NCBI RefSeq assembly: GCF_006345805.1
Contig: NC_043001.1
Coordinates: 80,848,001 to 80,912,000, forward strand
DNA from: Octopus sinensis
Taxonomy: Eukaryota
Length of the DNA: 64,000 bases
Direction: 5' to 3'
Position 1 is the stretch's first letter. Every line of letters begins with the position of its first letter. A program made the position numbers and the translations under genes. Shown here one piece after another: positions 1-11,720 of this stretch. The notes beneath the pieces were generated by a model. That model did no database searches, was not told the origin of the DNA, and worked only from the letters and a program-made list of their open reading frames with translations.

Positions 1-319
1 CCAAGATGGGGCACCACCTTGAAGGGTTGTTAATCAAAATCAACCCCAGTACTTATTTCCTTAAGCTTAGTACTTATTCTATCAGTCTCCCTTGCTGAAC
101 CACTAATTTCTGGTGCACACACCATTAGAACACCAGTCCATATCCTGGTTGTACATTTATAACTGAGTGGACTAGATCAATGTGAAGTGTATTTTGCTAA
201 AGTTCACAAAGCACCACTAGTCTGGGAATCAAAACTGCAACCTTGCAGTCATGAGTGCACTGAGTCACATACCTTCGTATGTGTGTATGTATATTTATAT
301 ATATGTGTATATATATATA

Positions 320-515
320 TAGTGAGAATTTAGAAAAAGAACAAAAGATGAAGATGGGTGTGTAAACAACAAACAGATGTATTAGTTTAAGACTCGGGAA
401 GTGAGAAAGTCTTCTACGTTTCAAGCCTACGCTCTTAGACAGAAATGAACACAGAGAAATAAACAGGAAGTGAAAATAAAAATAGATATAGTGGCTAACA
501 ATCTATCATAGCGAA
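320..515 (-). mobile_element. Penelope-like terminal-repeat fragment carrying a variant minimal HHR motif (411-446)
   Basis: Homologous to 62160-62420. The minus strand reads CTGTCTAA-GAGC-gtag-GCTT-GAAACGTA. Confidence 0.5.
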
Positions 516-522
516 TATATAT

Positions 523-553
<31 letters not shown>

Positions 554-618
554 TTGTGTGCATGTTATGTCAACTGATAGAGTACGCAATACTTTTTAGT
601 AGAGTGTGTGTTTATTAA

Positions 619-837
619 CTCTTTAGTATTTAAACTGGTCATATCCGGTCCAAATAGTCTACCTGTTTTATATTAAAGCTGACCAAATCCAGCCTCTCAC
701 ACTTACCTTACAATGTTAATCTAAAAATAAACTATCATATATTCAAAATCTTGAAGCTACAAGATCATACATGATTAATTTTGCAACATGAATTAATGAT
801 CATTACATTTGACAGATTTAGCTGAATACTGAAAGAG
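619..837. mobile_element. piggyBac-type MITE family 1 (~220 bp)
   Basis: TTAA|ctctttagtatt ... aatactgaaagag|TTAA. Reverse-orientation homolog of 3630-3845. Confidence 0.75.
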
Positions 838-2471
838 TTAAGCATAACAAATGCAAATAAGCTGACACTTCGAAGTACCTGTCAACCATTTCCTTGTAAA
901 AGTTCAATATACCTACATAAATGCATACGTATTTGTGTGTATGTGTGTGTATATATATAAATATATATATGTACATACACATGTGTGTACATGTATGAAT
1001 ATATGTTTACACATATGTACGAGAGTGTATATTTATATATATTTACACACACACACACTCACATATATGTACATACATACACACATACTTAAGGGAAGAC
1101 CAATATTGCTTTATTGTGCACATGTATTATTGGTGCAGTTAGTCGCAATCATTAATGACCTGCCATATTGGTATATAGAAGCCAGTTCTTTATTGCTATA
1201 GCTGTATTGACAGTCTGTGTTTGTATAAACTTTTTATGGTATATACTCTTCATTTATATGTTTATATTATTTTATTTTTTCTCTCTCTTTGATATTTGCT
1301 TTATTTTCTTTTGTTGCTTTTTAATCTTTGTTTTTTGTTCTCCATGGTTTTATTTTTTATAGTTTTTTTTTTTATAACGTGGAGATAAATAACTGTTGAA
1401 CTATCACAATTAATATGTGTGTTTATTTGGCACCAACATCATGTTGGTTTTTCCCTCTGTTCTCGCTTTTTGTCTTCCTGTATACACACACACATGCAAT
1501 CACTTGTGCGCATTTATGTGTGTGTGTATACATAAATATAGACACATGTACATTTAATGTGAAATACATATGTGTATATACAAATACACACGTGTGCATT
1601 TCATACACCCCTCTCTCTCTCTCTCACTCTCTATTTATGTATACGTACATACAGTGTGTGTGTTTGCGCATTATACACTCACACATGTATGTATATATGA
1701 GAAAACTGTCCTGGACAGTCTGTAAATCTATTACTAGCACTATGTTCTATCTATAACCTAAACTCTAGATTTTAAATACATATAACAGTGACTGGGTCAT
1801 TACCTTGCAATGCTGAGTTCAATTCTGGTCATTGGATCTAGAGAAGCCTCTATTTAATTTCACACAGTCATTTCATTATCTTCAAACTTTTGTTCTGATT
1901 CTGAGCTATGTGCAATGTCTTGAGTGTGAAACAGTACATTGTATGTTAATCCTTTTGTTACTATACTTTTATTGTAAAACACTGACTTTCTTCATCATCA
2001 TCATCATCATTTAATATCCATTTTCCAATGCTGGCAAGGGCTGAATGGCTTGACAAGAGCTGGAGAGCTGCTCAGGCTCCATGTCGGTTTTGGCATGGTT
2101 CCTATGGCTGGATGCCCTTCCTAATGCCAGCCACTTTACAGAATGTACTGAGTGCTTTCACACAGCACCAGCACTGATGCACCACCACAGGTGTTTTCTT
2201 ATGTGACCCAGGCACCCATTAATTTTGAATGTGTCTGCCTGGCTGTCATCATCATTTTATTTTCCAAATAATGAGACTTCTTCAGATGTCTGACCTGCTG
2301 CTTTTCTTTGCTTGAGCACTTTTAGTTGTCCTTCATATCATGAAGGGGTACTGTGTATTCAGTCTAAAATGGTGGTGATGGTGTGTGTGTGTGTGTGTGT
2401 GTGTGTGTAACATGCACATACGAATGAAATAGAACTTCGTTCATAAGAATGTGTACGTGCATAAGTATGTA

Positions 2472-2688
2472 TGGGGAGATGTTGAAAAATTCCTGCCTTT
2501 GGGTAAAAGAAAATAAAGGAGGATCAGTTTATTATGATTTTATTGAACATTTTCCTGTCTTTGATTCACACACTTATTGCAGCAGTCCTTCGGGTTTTCT
2601 AAGCCCTATAAAAGAACTTGGAAGGTTGGGCCTCCAAGCAGGCCTTTCACGACACCCTTAAAGCCAGGAACTTTTCAGTACTCCCTCA
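2472..2688. mobile_element. ~217-bp mariner-type MITE, copy 1
   Basis: Termini resemble tgaggggatgctgaaaagttcctggc and its reverse complement. Homologous to 2717-2934 and 45342-46114. Confidence 0.75.
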
Positions 2689-2716
2689 TGTGTGTGTGTG
2701 TGTCAATATATATACA

Positions 2717-2934
2717 TAAGGAAATGCTAAAACATTCCTGGCTTTCGGTAAAAGAAAATAAAGGAGGAACAGTTAATTATGATTTCATTCAACATATTCC
2801 CCTCTCAGATTCAAACCCTTATTGCACTGACCCTTCAGTTTTTCAAAGCCCTGTAAAAAAAACTTAGAGGGTTGGGTCTCCAGCCAGGCCTTTTGTGTTA
2901 CCCTTGAATCCAGGAACTTTTCAGCATCCCCTCA
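2717..2934. mobile_element. ~218-bp mariner-type MITE, copy 2 (adjacent tandem copy)
   Basis: Right end caggaacttttcagcatcccctca|TA. Internal sequence aligns with copy 1. Confidence 0.75.
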
Positions 2935-3539
2935 TATATATATTTTAAAATATATATATACACACACACCTCAAAAATAAATAGACCTCTCTCTTTATAC
3001 TATTTTATTTTGTGCAAACACTGTCTGATACTTCAGACTTGATAATATATCTTGGTACAAGGCAAGTCTATGAAATACTAAATTAACTAATTAGATGCGT
3101 CAAATGACATTTTTTTTTTTCTTTCTTTCCGTAGTTTCAGCTCAGAGCTGCGGCCATGTTGATGCACCGCGGTTATTTAATTTCTAGAAATAAATCTTTC
3201 AAAAATTGATGTCTATTTAATTTTGCAATGTCTCTGTATATATGTGTGTGTCTGTATGAGTATATCTAATCTGATGTAAAGTTATGTTAATGACTCAAGG
3301 ACCAAAAGTTTCATCCTTTACACTTTTCAAGTGTGATACATGATACTCTTCTCCCTTGAGTCACTTATGCAACTTTACAGCCAATTAACATTTATGTTCT
3401 AATATGGGGAATGCCGGTGAAACCATAGTGTGAATAAGTAGTTATAGACCTGTTGGTTTGTAATTCAGCTGTTAGCTGGTACCATAGAATTGTGGTTGTA
3501 ATAGTATATTTCAGTAAGTTATTTTATTTTATTTATTCT

Positions 3540-4077
3540 TACTAGTTTCAGTCGTTGGACTGCAGTTATACTGTGGCACAGTCTTGGAGAGTTTAGTCAA
3601 AGAAATTGATCCCAGAACATTTTTTTTAACCCTTTAGCATTCAGATTACTCTGTCAAATGTAATGCTTATTTATTCACATTGTTTTGAATTAACCATGCA
3701 TTATCCTGTAACTTCAAGTGTTGATGATGCGATTGTTTATTTTTATGACATTGTAGGGTAGGTGTGAGGGACCAGATATGGCCAGTTTGAACATAGAGCA
3801 GGTAGAATATTTTGGCCAGATGTGGCCGGTTTAAATGCTTAAGGGTATAAGTCTGGTCCTTATTCTGTTGGTCTGTTTTGTTGAATAGCTAAGATATGGA
3901 AATGTAAGCAAACCTACATTGGATGTCAAGTGGTAGTAGGGAGAAATGCATAGACATGTGCACATGTGCATACACATACATGACAGGCTTCTACACAGTT
4001 TGTATCTCCAAAATTCACTCACAAAAGCTGGTTGACCCAGGGCTATTATAGAAGATACTTGCCCAAGGTTCTGCAGG
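3540..4077 (-). mobile_element. SINE-A copy interrupted by the piggyBac MITE
   Basis: The 3' module at 3540-3625 continues at 3846-4077. Confidence 0.7.
3630..3845. mobile_element. piggyBac-type MITE family 1, inserted inside a SINE-A copy
   Basis: TTAA|ccctttagcatt ... aatgcttaaggg|tata; TIR 11/12. Confidence 0.75.
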
Positions 4078-4269
4078 ATGTCTTCTGGCTTTTACATTCT
4101 AAATTCAAATTTTGCCAAGATTCAGTTTGTATTTAAGCATTTCGAGGTCAATGAAATATGTAATCATTGCACACTGGAGTCAATGTAATCAATTCGCCTC
4201 ACCCCACCCCACCCCCATCCCCCAAATATCAGGACTTGTGCCTGTTGTAGAAAGGATTATTATCATTAA

Positions 4270-4475
4270 ATTGGCAAACTGGCAGAATCATTAGCATGCC
4301 AGACAAAATACTTAGTGGCATTCTGAGTTCAAATTTCACTGCAGTTGACTTTGCCTTTCATCCTCTTGGGGTTAATGAAATAAGTACCAGTTTAATACTA
4401 GGGGGTTGATGTAATTGGTTAGACCCACCCCACCCCCAAAATTCAGGCTCTGTGCCTATTGTAGAAAGAGTTATT
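4270..4475 (+). mobile_element. SINE-B copy (a partial copy also lies at ~4075-4250)
   Basis: ggcaaactggcagaatcattagcatgcc...gagttcaaatttcactgcagttgactttgcctttcatcc. Confidence 0.75.
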
Positions 4476-5460
4476 TTTATTATAACTACTTCTATTACTA
4501 ATACTCTAGTCGACTCCAAAGTTGCTTTGCCTTTACTAAAATATATGTTGATCATTATGTGTTGCCTCCACCTGTTCCCCCATTCCCTGTGCTCTTTCCT
4601 TCAGAGAAGTCATTTCCCTCTTTTCATTCCTTCTCCCCTGTCATCTTCCCCTACACCATCACCACCATCTATTGCTCCATCCCCTGATCCTGACTACCAT
4701 TGCTAATCTGAAAGAGGAATAATTGCTTTACAAACATCCAATAAAGCCAATCAGATCGTTATCTTCTTTTTACAAGTATTGATTTTGCTACTTACTGCCA
4801 CCTCTCTTTATCTTTCCCTCTTCTCATGGTGTGTGTATGTGCATGTCTCTGTATGTGCTTATATTTATATATATATATATATATATATTCACACACACAC
4901 ACATCTGTATGTCTGTGTATAAGTGTGTATCAAATTGAATTCTTTGTTTCTTTTTGCTTTTCAGGTGTGTGTGTTTGTGTAGATATATACACATACACAT
5001 ATATATACATACATATACATTCATATTCATGCACACATGTGCACACATACATATATGCAAAAACACACACCTATATACTCACATATACCAACATATGCAC
5101 ACACACACACATTTACATACATACATACATATACACACACACGTGTGTACTGACACATACACATATATAGATACATGTGTATATGTGTCTATGAGGTCAA
5201 CATACAGTTTGTTTCTTTATACCAACTGGATATCAGTTTTTCATGAGTCATATTGATTTCTTCAGCTTTGGAGCCATCTTTCCTTTTCCATTCTTATTCT
5301 TGATATATATTTGAGATATTACTGCTGTTACTTATAAGCTGTTGCTGGTTCTAGGACTTACTGTAGTCATTATTATGAGGGGGTTTGCCCATAATACTTG
5401 TATTTGATGTTGGTTTTGCTGGCTGTGTTTTTATCAGTTAAAACTCTAAGGAAAAACAGA

Positions 5461-5815
5461 ACATGGTTGTGCAGTGATGGAGTTCACTTTGACGTTATGT
5501 GGTTTTGGAGTTCAATCCCACTGTGATGTGCATTGAGCAAGTGTCTTTTACTGTAGCCCTGGGTCAACCAAAGCCTTGTGTTGTGCATAGACTTGGTAAA
5601 CAGGAATGGTGTAGATGCTCATTATGTATGTACATATATATATTTGTATATGTATATGAGTTTGTGTGTGTATGTGTGCATGCATGCACATCTGTATTTG
5701 TTTCCCACTCACCACTTGAGATATGAACAAACCAATGGGTTGATTTGTTTGGCTTGAAACTATTGAAAGTGATGCCCCAGTATGATCACAGTCCAATGAC
5801 TGAAACAAGTAAAGG
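5461..5815 (+). mobile_element. SINE-A copy
   Basis: Head ...gagttcaatcccactgtgatgtgcattgagcaagtg; tail gtccaatgactgaaacaagtaaa. Confidence 0.8.
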
Positions 5816-5984
5816 AAATTGTCATTGATAGATGCTTAGTCAGCCTCTCTGTGTTATACTCTCAATACAGAAAATAACTGCTCCTCTTGCTTACAGTAGT
5901 GTAACAGTCAGTTGGCCAAGGAAACTGTTTATCTATGTGCTACAGACAATTTTGTGTGTGTGTATATATATATACCTTTTATTC

Positions 5985-6283
5985 TTTTCCTTGTTTCAGT
6001 CATTTCACTGCGACCATGCTGGAGCACCACTTTATTTGAACAAATCGACCCTAGGACTTATTCTTTGTAAGCCTAGTACTTATTCTATCGGTCTCTTTTG
6101 CCAAACTGCTAATGTTAAGGGGATGTAAACACCAACATCGGTTTTCAAGTGATGGTCAGGGAAAAACACAGACGCACAAACATATATATATATGACCGAC
6201 TTGTCCAAGGTGCTATGCAGTGGGACTGACCCTGGAACCATGTGGTTAGAAAGCAAGCTTCTTACCACTCAGCCACTCCTGCA
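5985..6283 (-). mobile_element. SINE-A copy
   Basis: Reverse complement of the family consensus from tail to head. Confidence 0.8.
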
Positions 6284-8119
6284 TGCATATATATATTCAA
6301 AATATATTTGAATGTTATATATTTCCTGAATTTGGATTATTTGCAAGAAATATGAATAAAAATAGAAGTGAACGCATTCATTTGGTGACCTTTCAGCTTA
6401 GGATATAACTTAAATTTTGTAATTTTGTATTTAGTTTCATTTTGTATAGCTGGTGAAGAATTTTGATGTCATCCTGAAGTCATGCCTGTAACCAGCTTGT
6501 CTTATGTTTTAAAAATTTAGGGTCCGTTATAGTTGTTGTTTTTCACACATAGACACATGCATGTATATGGCTACATCATCATCATCATATAATGTCCATG
6601 TTCTTTGCTGGCATGGGTTGGATGGTTTGACAAGGTTCTAGTGAATCCAAGGATTGCATCGTGCTCCAGTGTCTGCTTTGGCATGGTTTCTATGGCTAGA
6701 TGCCCATCCTGATCCAACCATTTTACAGTGTGTACTGGGTACTTTTGCATGCAACTGGTACCATTGAAGTTACCATGTAGCTTGCAAGTCTACATACCTG
6801 AAGAGGGTGGGGTATAATACATATATACATATATAATATATATTTGTTTTTGAATGTACGTGTATATATGCATGTGTTTGTGTGTGTCTTTCTCTCTCTC
6901 TCTCTCCATCATCATTTAGGGTCTGTTTACCCTGCTGGCAGGGATGAGGTGATTTTACTGGGGGTGAGCTGCACCAAACTCCAGTCTGTTTTGGCTTGGT
7001 TTCTACGGCTGAATGCTCTTCCTAATGCCAACCACTCCATAGAGTGTACTGAATGTTTTTTACAAGTCACCAGTACAAGTTCCTTTTATGAGTCACCTGC
7101 ATGGATGCCATCTACATGTCACCAGCACAAGTACCTACTGGCCACAGCTGCAATTTCCCTTAGCTTCACATGTCTTCTCAAGCACAGCAAATTGTCAAGA
7201 GTCTTGGTCACTTGGTATACATAGACATACTGATTAGGAGTATTTTTCTCTCTTCGTTTGATGAAATAAAAACCAGTTATATACTAAGGATCAATTTACT
7301 CAATTATGTCACCCCTATCATCATCATCATCGTTTAATGTCTAAGAATTTTTAACTTGCTTCCACTATGTGACCATCTGTCTCACTCTGCCCTGCCCTAT
7401 CACCCCACTTTTTTTATGTAACAATCCTGTCCTCTTTTTTAATGGGTTCATATGTAAATGAGGGGTTCATAATATTGAAAGGAACTAAAGCAACTGTGAC
7501 TTTCTTTTCTTTTTCTTCTGACCCCACCTTCTTTTCCCCCACATCATAAAACTGGAGACTGATGTTTTTATTCTTAAGGAGACCACCACCACCATTACTA
7601 TTACAACTACCACTACCACCAGTGCCATTACTGCCACCATCGCCACCACTACTGCTGCTTCTGCTACCACTACTACTAATAACAACTATTGAATACATAT
7701 TGCTTTTTTTTTTGTTACAGATCAAATAACCTCTTTTTTTTTCTGATGTTGGGCTTTGATGGGAAAACTGATCTGGTGGAGGGGAGGGTGGAGAAGGGGC
7801 ATGGTAGCAGGGAAAGAAGAATCTTTTATGGTCTGATGAGCAAAGAGTACTTTGCTTTTTTTTTTTGTTTCCTTTTTATTTTATTTTTTACTCTTCACTG
7901 TTTCCCTTTAGACTGAGTGTGTGTGTGTGTGTGTGGTGTATGTGTGTGTTGTTACTGTTCCATATTTATTGATGGATATGTAAGAGAAATAAGCTGGACT
8001 TTCAGGCTCCTTTAGACCATAACATTAACTTAAACTGCAACTATACCAACCAATATCATCAATAATCGACATTTTATTCACCTCCACTATTTTAATATAT
8101 TATTTTTTTTATTGTTGTT

Positions 8120-9137
8120 TTTGTTGTTGTTAAGGTGGCAAGCTGGCAACATGATTAGCACATTGGAGAAAGTACTCAGCGCTATTTCTTCCAATTTTAT
8201 GTTCTGAGTTCTAGTGCCGTCAAGGTTGGCTCTACCTTTCTTCCTACTGGAGTTGATAAAATAAGTACCTGTTGAGCTGTTTGGCATGTAGTGTAAAGCT
8301 GTTTTGATAAGAGGAGGTCTGTGGACTTGATGGGGATGCTGGAGTTTGAGGAATTGGTGGAACGGCTGGCAAGGGTGCATGGAGTGCAGTGGTATGGGCA
8401 TGTTGAGGAGGGTGGAATTTGAAACCATTATTATTACTAGTAGTATTTAGGTGGTGAGCTGACAGAATCATGAGCATGCTAGAAAAAAAAACACTTAGTG
8501 GTATTTCTTCCAGCTATACATTCTGAGTTCAACTTCTGCCAGCCTCATCTCTGCCTTTCATCCTTTCAGAGTTCATGCAATGAGTACCAGTTGAGCACCA
8601 GGCTTGATGTATTTGTCTAGCCCTCCCCTATTACCCAAATTTCTGGGTTTGTGCCTATATTAGAAAGGATTGTTGCCCTTGGTATTATTATCATTAAGGC
8701 AGTGAGCTGGCAGAATCATAAGTATGCCGGACAAAAGGCTTAGTGAAATTTCTTCCAGCATTTTGATTTGAGTTCAAATTCCACCAAGATCAACTTTACC
8801 TTTCATCTTTGGGAGTTATTGAAGTAAAATACCATTTGAGCACTGGGTTGATGTAATCAACTTCTCCCTCCAAAATGGACAAAATGCTGCCAAGTATTTT
8901 GTTTGGCATGCTAATGATTCTGCCAGCTGATCACCTTAGATGTTTGGGTAATATTGGTTTCAAATTTTAGCACAAAGTCAGTAGTTTCAGGAGAGGGATA
9001 AGTCAATTTCATCAACCCCAAAAGGATAAAAGGCAATATCAACATCAGCGAAATTTGAACTTAGACCATAGAGATGGATGAAATGCTGCTGAAAATTTTG
9101 CCTGACATGCTAATGATTCTGCCAGCTTGTCACCTTA
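8120..9137. mobile_element. Cluster of five SINE-B copies in alternating orientation (-,+,+,-,-)
   Basis: Consensus ggcagtgagctggcagaatc..ttagc..gagttcaaattcc..ctttgcctttcatcc. Copies at about 8120-8285(-), 8450-8670(+), 8695-8875(+), 8876-8937(-), 8958-9137(-). Confidence 0.75.
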
Positions 9138-9240
9138 ATGTATTGGTAATAGTAATTTGCTATATATATTTTTAATATTTAAATTCATTTATGTTTTTAT
9201 TTTTGTCTTTTCACCCTTATATTACAAATTATCTAATATT

Positions 9241-9272
9241 CTTTTTTTTTTCTATTTCACAGGTCTTATTAG
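9241..9272 (+). other. 3' splice site (AG 9261-9262) plus 10 nt of 5'UTR; implies an upstream non-coding exon
   Basis: cttttttttttctatttcacAG|gtcttattagATG: a long polypyrimidine tract and CAG immediately upstream of the start codon. Confidence 0.8.
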
Positions 9273-10406
9273 ATGAAGGGAGTTGTATATGCCTCTCTTA
9301 GGATGTGGCGTAATGTGGCCTTTTTAGTTTTGGTGATGCCACTGCTGTATGTCAGTGGTGATTACATTGTAAGCAGTTTCCAAAGCTCTAAAAATGGTTC
9401 CACCATGAATCATTATGTGGTTAATAAAAATACCGGCAAAATCTATGTTGGTGCCGTTAACAGACTCTATCAACTTTCTCCCGACTTAAAGGAGGAAATT
9501 AATGTGTCTACCGGACCAATAAAGAGCAGTCCGCAGTGTCCACCACAAAAATATTCCTGTGAGTCTGGACAATTTACTGATACTTATAACAAAGTTCTCG
9601 TTGTGAACTATGCATCACAGGAACTGATTGCTTGCTCAACCCAGTTCCATGGTATATGTGAAAAAAGGTACCTTGCCAACATGTCCATCAGCAACACCAA
9701 CAAACCACTCTCCAACCCGGTCGTTGCTAACAGCCTGAATGCAACTACTTTTGCTTTTATTGCACCAGGACCAAGCCAAGGAAATGGTGTTCAGCCCAAC
9801 GTATTGTATGTTGGTGCAACCAGAACCAACATTGGATTAAGGATATACCGCGATCTAGTGCCAGCCTTCTGTATTCGCAATCTCGACAATTTTGAAATTG
9901 CATACAAAAGCCCTGTGGAGCAGAGTTCCAAAAAAGAAATTGAAACCCAACATAGAGAAACATTCAAAGTGAACTACATATATGGCTTCAGCTCTGAGAA
10001 ATTCAGTTATATGTTGACAGTGCAGAAAGCCAATACCCAAGATGAGCGTTATGCTTCAAAGATCTTCCGGGTTTGCCAAAATGACAAAAATTTCTACTCT
10101 TATGCAGAACTATCCTTCAAGTGTGGAAGCAACAGGGTGTATAATTTAGTGCAAGCTGCCTATCTTGCTAAAGCCGGCAGCACTTTGGCACAAAATCTTG
10201 GAATTCCCACTACGGAAGATGTTCTTTATGCTGTATTTTCTCATGGACAGACTAACAAACTGGAACCACAGCCTCGATCAGCACTTTGCATTTATCCAAT
10301 GCGGATTGTTAGGAAAATATTTACCCAAAACATTCGCCAGTGTTTCAAAGGACTTGGAAATATTGGTCCTGAACATCTTACAAAGTCTACTTTGTGCCAA
10401 AAAACG
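9273..10406 (+). CDS. PlexA: Plexin (class A-like), first coding exon: signal peptide plus N-terminal ~70% of the Sema domain (378 codons)
   Basis: Plexin Sema motifs: NHYVVNKNTGKIYVGAVNRLYQLSPDL, YNKVLVVNY..LIACS, VNYIYGFSSEKFSY, RVCQNDKNFYSYAE, YNLVQAAYLAKAG..LAQNLGI..EDVLYAVFS, SALCIYP..FTQNIRQCFKG. These are closer to Drosophila PlexA and vertebrate PLXNA than to PlexB as I recall them. Hydrophobic leader WRNVAFLVLVMPLLYVSG. Donor ACG|GTAAGT at 10406/10407, phase 0. The ORF-track tail to 10469 is intron read-through. The class assignment (about 0.7) is less certain than the plexin call. Confidence 0.95.
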
Positions 10407-10451
10407 GTAAGTTTTTTTTTTTTATACAATTTTTTTAATCTTTTATCTGTT

Positions 10452-10688
10452 ACTTGTTTCAGTCATTAGACTGCAGCCATACTGGGGCACCATCTTCAGG
10501 AATCTTAGTCAAACTAATTGACACCAGTACTTTTTTTATATTTTAAAACCTGGTGCTTATTCTATCAGTCTATTTTGCCAAACTGCTAAATTACAGGGAT
10601 GTAAACACACTAACACCAGTTGTCAAGTGTTGGTGGGAGACAGACAGAAAAACACATATGCATATATACATGTGTGTGTGTATATATA

Positions 10689-10749
<61 letters not shown>

Positions 10750-10903
10750 GACAGATATGATGGACTTCTTTCAGTTTCTGTCTGCTAAATCCACTCACAA
10801 GGCTTTGGTTGACCTGAGGCACATGACCAGAGACACATGCAGTGAGACTGAACACAGAATTATGTGGTTAGGAAGCAAACTTCTTACCACACAGCCACGC
10901 CTA
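10452..10903 (-). mobile_element. SINE-A copy starting 45 nt after the exon-1 donor
   Basis: acttgtttcagtcattagactgcagcc ... ggaagcaaacttcttaccacacagccacgcc. Confidence 0.8.
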
Positions 10904-11399
10904 CACCTGAAAGTTTTAGTTTTTAAAAATTCTTTCTGCCCAAATTGAATCTACCCCTTTAGCATTCAGATTTTTTCTCAAATGTACCTGCAGACAGAAA
11001 GCAAGCAATAAAGTAAGGTGTTTTCTGGAAAGATACATTACCCAGCCTCTAAAAGAAATGATAGTCAGAAAACAAGAAAAATGAGTCTATATGTAGCTTT
11101 TTCACCTGCTAGAAATAGCAGTTAAATGTCCTTCAAATTATACCTTTCTTTAAAAAGAAAACTGGAAATTTAAGACAAAGATATGTAGTTCTAAATATGT
11201 CTGAAAATATTTAAATAAATAAATAAATAAATGGTCACAAATGAATCATCTTTAATTATAAGTCTGCCAGATCAGATCTGACCTGGGGTTAAACAACTGA
11301 TATTTCAACACCATCATTTCCATACATCGTCCCCACCCCAAAGTAATCAGCAACAATTTGAAGACTTTTTCTACATCTCTGTCTATCTTTTTTTTTGTA

Positions 11400-11444
11400 T
11401 CTGTCTTTCATATTTCTTCTTCCTCCCTCTGTCCCTCTCTCTTT

Positions 11445-11502
<58 letters not shown>

Positions 11503-11720
11503 TCTCTTCCGCCCATCTCTGCCTTTCGCTCCCCACACTCTCTCTCTTTCTCTTTCATTCTTTCTCTCTCTCTCTCTCATATCTCTTCCACCCATCTCTG
11601 CCTTTCGCTCCCCGCTCTCTCTCTCTTTCTCTCTCACTCTCTCACCCCCCCCCCACATGTGTCTCCTTATTTCTTTCTTTCTTCCCTTTATCCTCTGCTC
11701 CCTTCCCTCTATCCCTATGC
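11400..11720. repeat. (CT)n polypyrimidine tract with an internal ~75-bp duplication
   Basis: tatctcttcc(g/a)cccatctctgcctttcgctccc appears at ~11500 and ~11580. Confidence 0.85.

Noticed and set aside
7833-7860. CTGATGA followed by a perfect stem GCAAAG-agta-CTTTGC
   Set aside because: Followed by poly-T instead of GAAA, with no stem III or cleavage triplet, so it is not a hammerhead.
1-9240. Search for the plexin promoter or upstream non-coding exon
   Set aside because: The region is dominated by repeats and no TSS or donor could be supported from sequence alone.
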